In this document: in pieces, positions 58,762 through 64,000 of the stretch | Position numbering within the stretch: the stretch's first letter is position 1 | How the letters are laid out: each line of letters starts with the position of its first letter | NCBI RefSeq assembly: GCF_900964775.1 | Contig: NC_041806.1 | Coordinates: 16,582,297 to 16,646,296 of the forward strand | Direction: 5' to 3' | DNA from: Scleropages formosus | Taxonomy: Eukaryota | Length of the DNA: 64,000 bases | Position numbers and translations under genes: made by a program | Notes under the pieces: generated by a model | The model's database searches: none | Told to the model about the DNA's origin: nothing | What the model saw: only the letters and a program-made list of their open reading frames with translations

Positions 58762-61050
58762 AGGATCTCTGTTTTGGAGAGGTTGAGTTGTAGGTGGTAA
58801 TCAGGCATCCATGCAGAGATGTCCAACACGCAGGTAACGATGCACGTGGAAATGTCTGATGCTCCAGGTGGAAAGGAGAGGAAGAGCTGGGTATCATCAG
58901 TGTAGCAGTGGTACTTGAATCCATGGGAGGCAATGACAGAGCCGAGTGAGGAGGTGTAGATCAAGAAAAGCAGAGGAGCCAGTACCGAGCCCTGCTGGAC
59001 ACCAGTTGAGAGAGGCAGAGGAGAAGAACAGGAGCCCCGCCAGGCCACTTGATAGGATCTGTCAGATAGGTAGAAATCAAACCATCTTAGTGCTGTTCCT
59101 TTGATCCCAAGCTGACTAAGAGGAGAGTAGAATCTGGTGACTGACAGTGTTGAATGCTGCAGACAGGTGAAGGAGAATGAGGACCAAGGAGAGGGAGGCT
59201 GCTTTGGCTGGCTGTAGAGCATCAGATACCAAACTGATATCCATTGAGGAGATGGTTCCGGGTGAGGAATTCAGAAAGTTTTCACAGGCCACTTGTTCTA
59301 GAGTTTTAGACAGAACGGAAAGGAGGGAGACTGGCCTAGAGTTTTGGCCCGAGTTCAGATCCAAAGAGGGTTTCTTTATCAGAGGTGAAATGAGAGCAGT
59401 TTTCAAGGCAGATGGGAAGCAGCCAGAGGACAGCAAAGAGTTTATGGTCTTAGTGATGAAGGTGGAGTGTTGCGAGGAGATGGTCTGTAGGAGTGAGGAT
59501 GGGATCAGATCTGTCGGTCTGTGTGAAATCAGGAGGTCAGAGACTTGAGAATCTGAGAGTGGCTTGAATTCGGAGAGCATGTCTTCACAGAGAAGTCCAG
59601 CACGAACAGGCCAGGGTGATGCCCAGAACTTGTCCGTGATTGCATTGACTTTGTCTCTGAAAAACAAAGCAAAGCTATCAGCAATGAGAAAAGAAGGAGG
59701 AGGGGGTGGCGGAGAACACAGTAGGGATGAGAAGCTGTCAAAGAGTCTGTGTGGTCTTTTAGTTGCACATTGTATTTTGTTGTTGGGGGGCGCAGTGGGT
59801 TTGGCCAGGGCCTGCTCTCCAGTGGGTCTGGGGCTCGAGTCCTCCTTGGGATGCCCTGCGACAGACTGGTGTCCTGTCCTGGGTGTGTCCTCTCCCCCTC
59901 CAGCCCTGCGCCCTGTGTTGCCGGGTTAGACTCCGACTTGCCGTGATCCCGCTTGGGACAAGCGGTTTCAGACTGTGTGTGTATTTTGTTGTAGAGACAG
60001 CAAAGTGAAAAGTAGCTAAGCTAAGAAAAGTTGTTTCTAGACATCCAGGTCTGTGCGAGTCTTGGATTTATGCCATCGTCGCTCTGCAGCCTGGAGTTTG
60101 GTCCTTTTAGTATATAGTGTATCAGTCAGCCATGGGATGGTACTGGGGTGTACTGGTCTAGAAGATAATGGACAGAGAGAGTCAAGAGAGGAAGATGGGG
60201 CAGAGAGGAAAATGTTAGTAGCATTGTCTGTTGATAGATCTGAAAGTTGTGCAGCAGAAGGGAGAGCAGACAGCATGGCAGAGGCAAGGCAAGAAGGCAA
60301 GAGAGATTTTAATTTACGGTGGAAGGTAACAATGGGTGCAGAAGAGGGATAGGGATTAGTGGTGAGGCATGGTTGGAAAGAGACAAATGATTGGAGGGAT
60401 GGAGGGGAGTAACAGAGAGGACAGGACAGCCACAGTTATGGGAGAAGACAAGGTCAAGGCAATTGCCAACTTTGTGAGCAGCAGTGGAGTGGTACAGGGA
60501 GAGGTCATAAGACTGCAGGAATGGCAAAAGGCCTGCATGAATGTTCTTGACATGCAGATTGAAGTCACCCAGGAGAATCAGCGAAGTGGGAGAGAGCTCG
60601 ACAAGATGTCAAGGTCACCCAGGAAGTGGCTGGGAGGGCCAGGGGGATGGTACAGAACAACCACAACAAGAGTGATTGGGGCAGTGATAGAGACAACATG
60701 CAATTCAAAGGAGGACAGGTCATGCAGGTGGAGAGGGAGAACAGAATATTCAACAGGGAGAGATGAGCAGGCCTGTGCCTCTACCTCTGCCAGAGGGACA
60801 GGGGTGTGGGAGAAAAAGAAGGAAGTGGAGAGGGCCGCGGGTGTGGCTGTGTTGTCTGGGGTAATCCAGGTTTCATTTAGGGCCAGGAGGTCCAGTGAGA
60901 GATGGGAGGCATAGGCAGGTATGAAGTCAGTCTTTCTCACCACAGACTGGCAGTTCCAGAGTCCCATGTAGAAATTGAAGCAGGATGGAGGGTTTGACAG
61001 ACGAGGATAAACCAGATTACTGTAGCAGCGGGAGCATCTGAGTCTCTGGT
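58762..61050 (-). mobile_element. L2-clade LINE, 3'-truncated by insertion of chromovirus C; 5' end approximate
   Basis: Minus ORFs: EN N-terminus MGLWNCQSVVRKTDFI..LNETW (60578-60967); RT with ..NSRPVSLLSVLSKTLEQV.. and YTDDTQLFLS (58762-59667). Confidence 0.7.
59785..59982 (+). mobile_element. tRNA-derived SINE family 1 nested in the L2 element
   Basis: TSD TATTTTGTTGT on both sides. Confidence 0.8.
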
Positions 61051-62190
61051 GGTAGTGTCATCGCACAGTTCGGTTGCTGTAGACAGCTTTGATGTTCGAC
61101 GTTTGACACATGATCACTGGCGGAACACGATGGTGATGGCGGACTACACGTTGTGGCAGTGGCCTCCCTCGGTGGACTCCCCTGTCTTTGCACCCCAAGT
61201 CTTCACACCAAGAGACTGCCACTACAGGTCACCAGCTGCTATTTAAACCAGGCTAATTCACATCAGCTGAGTCCTAATCGAAATCGAAACTTCTCCAACA
61301 ATGGAAACCAAAACAAACAGACACCATTTTAATCGAGTCGACAGAAACGCCCACTCCACTAAACGGGACACCGTATTTTTACCTTTACACGCATCCTAAC
61401 AAACCGTAAATTCACTTAAATAAGTAAATACATAAATAAATATAACCAACAACTGCACCAACACATAACCAATTGCTTCTATCTAACCGTACAATTACGC
61501 GACGAGAATGTGCGTTGGGATATAGCACCAGCAACAAATAAACTTACCGTAATCACAACGAACTGCAGCAACAATCCTCTAACACGAAATATAATGCACC
61601 ATGAGAAATTTTGAGAGAAAGGTTTATGAATGGAGGTATAAGGTTATTACTTTGAAAAGCTAAGTTTAAATCTACTTGTAAATATAGGACTTCGTCCAGT
61701 CCAGGAGCACCCCCACCATTCCAAGTTCACTGGAAGAAGAGGGAAGTCGAGAGAGGTTGACGGTGTCAGAAGTTGAGAGGTCAACGGAGGTAAGGACAGG
61801 TGGGAGAGAAGCAGCTTCCATTTAAATGTAGAGATGTGTACTTGGGCATGCCATTTCATTTTTTACTGTCCCACTCATGTACCACAACTGTGTTATAGGA
61901 AGACTTAGTGGAGGAACCAGGCCACAAAAGTGAGCTGAGCCCCTTGGACATGGAGGAGGTGGGTATTTTTGTCTCTCCTTCTCATCGTTCTTTTTTCCTC
62001 CTCCATGGATGAATAATTAGAGAAGTGGCTACTACGAATGTATTGGTTAAATATTTGTACAAATGAATGTGTGGAAAACTGCAGGAGAAAGGAGAAATGG
62101 AGGAAGTTATGCATTAACAAGGTCTTTGAAGGTTTGAAGTGAAAAAACAAACCAAATGTAAGGAAATTGAGGTTTTGGTTTCATCTGCAG

Positions 62191-62230
62191 GACAATGAAA
62201 ACCTGCTGGACTGGTGGAGGACAGTGGAAG
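62191..62230 (+). CDS. Second ApoL-like paralog, exon equivalent to 39069-39108
   Basis: tctgcag|GACAATGAAAACCTGCTGGACTGGTGGAGGACAGTGGAAG|gtgggt encodes DNENLLDWWRTVE. Same length (40 nt) and phase as the first gene. Confidence 0.5.
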
Positions 62231-62357
62231 GTGGGTCTCTTCTGTTAATCTCTTACTGTTCATGACAGCTCCATTAATTCCAGGTATTGATGAGGTATTT
62301 TTTAAAGTTCAAGGTTAAAATGTTTCTATCTGCGTTTGTTCCTTTGTTCTCGATCAG

Positions 62358-62406
62358 GATGGGAAGAATGGAATGAGACAGTAAATGTTCAAGACAATGA
62401 AGATGT
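62358..62406 (+). CDS. Second ApoL-like paralog, exon equivalent to 39201-39252
   Basis: gatcag|GATGGGAAGAATGGAATGAGACAGTAAATGTTCAAGACAATGAAGATGT|gtaagt encodes (G)WEEWNETVNVQDNEDV. Ends in phase 2 like its paralog. The last exon is not within the window. Confidence 0.5.
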
Positions 62407-62654
62407 GTAAGTTTTTGTTGCTTTCTTGTTTGTACTTTCAACATAGTTACCATGTTTTCATGTTATATCATGTTTCCTCACCCATCTTTGTTTTTATGCT
62501 TTATACAGTGCCATGAAATAGTATTTGCTTCCTTTCCTCTATTATTGAAAACTTGAAATGAAAATAAGTAATGTGTCATTTGTTTACTCTGTTGACTTAT
62601 ATAATATAATATAATATAATATAATATAATATAATATAATATAATATAATATAA

Positions 62655-62868
62655 GGGGGGGGGGGGGGGTGCAGTGGCGCAGTGGGTTGGACCTCATCCT
62701 GGTCTCTGGTGGGTCTGGGGTTCGAGTCCCGCTTGGGGTGCCTTGTGATGGACTGGCATCCTGTCTTGGGTGTGTCGTTCCCCGCCCCCCAGCCTTACAC
62801 CCTATGTTGCTGGGTTAGGCTCCAGCTCCCCCTGACCCCATATGGGACAAGCAGTTCAGACAATGTGT
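62655..62868 (+). mobile_element. tRNA-derived SINE family 1 inserted into an (ATAAT)n microsatellite
   Basis: The microsatellite unit ATAATATAAT flanks both sides as a TSD. Poly-G at the 5' end. Confidence 0.75.
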
Positions 62869-62961
62869 ATAATATAATATAATATAATACTTTGATTAAA
62901 GACCTGAAAACATTCAGTGTCAGAAGTGTTCAGTAACAGGTGATATCAGAAAGATGACAAG

Positions 62962-63292
62962 TACTTGGCATGGTAGCACAGCGAGTAGCATTGCTATCTC
63001 ACAGCACCTGGGTGGTGCAAGAGGCTATATGTTTGATCCCTGCTCGGTCTGTGTGGTTTGCATGTTCTTCCTGTGTCTGTGTGGGTTTCCTCCCACACTC
63101 CAAAGCTATGCTGTTCAGGTTCCCCATAATGTGTGAGTGTGTTTCACTAATGTATGGATGAGTAACCCAGTATAAGTAGTGTATTCAGCAGTGTAAGTTA
63201 CCTTAGTGAATAAGGTGTGTGGGCTGATAACGTTACATAGAATTCACTGGAAGTCCGTTTGGAGAAAAGCATCTGCTAAATAAATGTAAAAT
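62962..63292 (+). mobile_element. tRNA-derived SINE family 3
   Basis: Same architecture as 39372-39716. Confidence 0.75.
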
Positions 63293-63486
63293 CATCAGCA
63301 AAATGATGTAAATAACTGCATACTTTTTCACAGCATTGTATGCCTCAATTTCAGGGGATCCTTTCTGTGAAGGTGACACAGTAGGTAACGCTGGTGCGTT
63401 ACAGCTCGTTGACTGTGCATGTTCCGCCTGTACTTCAGGAGGGGAAGAATGGAACGAGATGGGATGCATGCATGTTCTGCCTGTGC

Positions 63487-63690
63487 ATGTTCTATAGAAC
63501 AGCTGATAGTGTAATAGTTAGAGCTGCTGCCTTTGGACCCAAAGGTCACAGGTTTGAATTTTACTTCTGCTATAGTACCCTTGAGCAAGGTACTTACCCT
63601 AAATTGCTCAAGTAAAATTACCCATATGGGTAAATAATTGTAAAGTAACTATGTTGAGTTGCTTTGGAGAAAAGTGTCAGGTAAATGTGG
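63487..63690 (+). mobile_element. tRNA-derived SINE family 2
   Basis: cagctgatagtgtaatagttagagctgctgcctttggacccaaaggtcacaggtttgaat...cccatatgggtaaataattgtaaagtaac...gctttggagaaaagtgtcaggtaaatg. Confidence 0.7.
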
Positions 63691-64000
63691 ATGTGCTCTG
63701 GTTTTGTGACTGCTTATATTGTGTGCGGTTGCTCTGCAATGGACTGGTATCTTGTCCAGGGTCTAATCTTGCCTATCTCTTCATGCTTTCTGGATGGGCT
63801 CCACAACCCCCATGACCTTGAATTGGACAACCGGTGATTGATAGTGGATGGACAGATGTTTCTATGTTTTATGAAATCTCCTCCTGTTTCAGTTATGTAG
63901 TTGGTTACTTAAACTGATAAAGTTTGGAAATCTATTATCTTCAATTAAATTATTGCAACAAGGATTTAAATTGTACTCAATTAACTGGAACAATTAATTC

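Noticed and set aside
1-64000. Possibility of a prokaryotic or phage-like novel system (defence island, operon, CRISPR array)
   Set aside because: The sequence is vertebrate nuclear DNA: spliced genes with canonical GT-AG introns, CpG depletion, SINE/LINE/LTR/Tc1/hAT content, and no operon-like ORF packing or Shine-Dalgarno contexts. The many near-identical about 210-bp repeats are SINEs with TSDs and (GT)n tails, not CRISPR repeats, since there are no regularly spaced unique spacers. The ORF track uses bacterial start codons; the ApoL exon listed as M-TAEKV at 39775 actually starts at GTG.

Overview
This 64-kb window is vertebrate nuclear DNA, most likely from a ray-finned fish. The evidence is spliced genes with GT-AG introns, CpG depletion, and dense interspersed repeats: tRNA-derived SINEs with (GT)n tails, an IR/DR Tc1 transposon, chromodomain-bearing Ty3/Gypsy elements, L2/CR1-type LINEs and an hAT element. 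It is not a prokaryotic locus. The supplied ORF track accepts GTG/TTG starts, and most of its ORFs are translations of SINEs, LTRs or introns. I see no sign of a novel defence or operon system. Two protein-coding loci can be supported. (1) At 1042-13337 (+), a 22-exon gene whose exons join in frame into a 971-aa protein. It has an N-terminal signal peptide, five tandem FRRS1-type DOMON domains (each built from the same four-exon module of 192/96/148/125 nt with conserved splice phases) and a short hydrophobic C-terminal tail that looks like a GPI-anchor signal. Modules 1-3 share near-identical introns, which indicates very recent intragenic tandem duplication. (2) At 39069-40578 (+), the 3' three exons of an apolipoprotein-L (ApoL) family gene, with the 5' exons of a second ApoL paralog at 62191-62406. 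The rest is a transposable-element landscape with several nesting events. A Gypsy/chromovirus (24294-29194) sits inside an hAT element (23609-31137, 8-bp TSD CCTCTGGC). A second chromovirus (14593-23081) carries a nested, nearly intact L2/CR1-like LINE (about 18303-21731) that itself contains a SINE. A third chromovirus with dissimilar LTRs (53826-58761) truncates an L2 LINE (58762 to about 61050). An IR/DR Tc1 element lies at 50593-52236. There is an L1-like LINE remnant with a poly-A tail at about 46398-49700. Around 20 SINE copies of three families are present, several with clear target-site duplications and empty paralogous sites.
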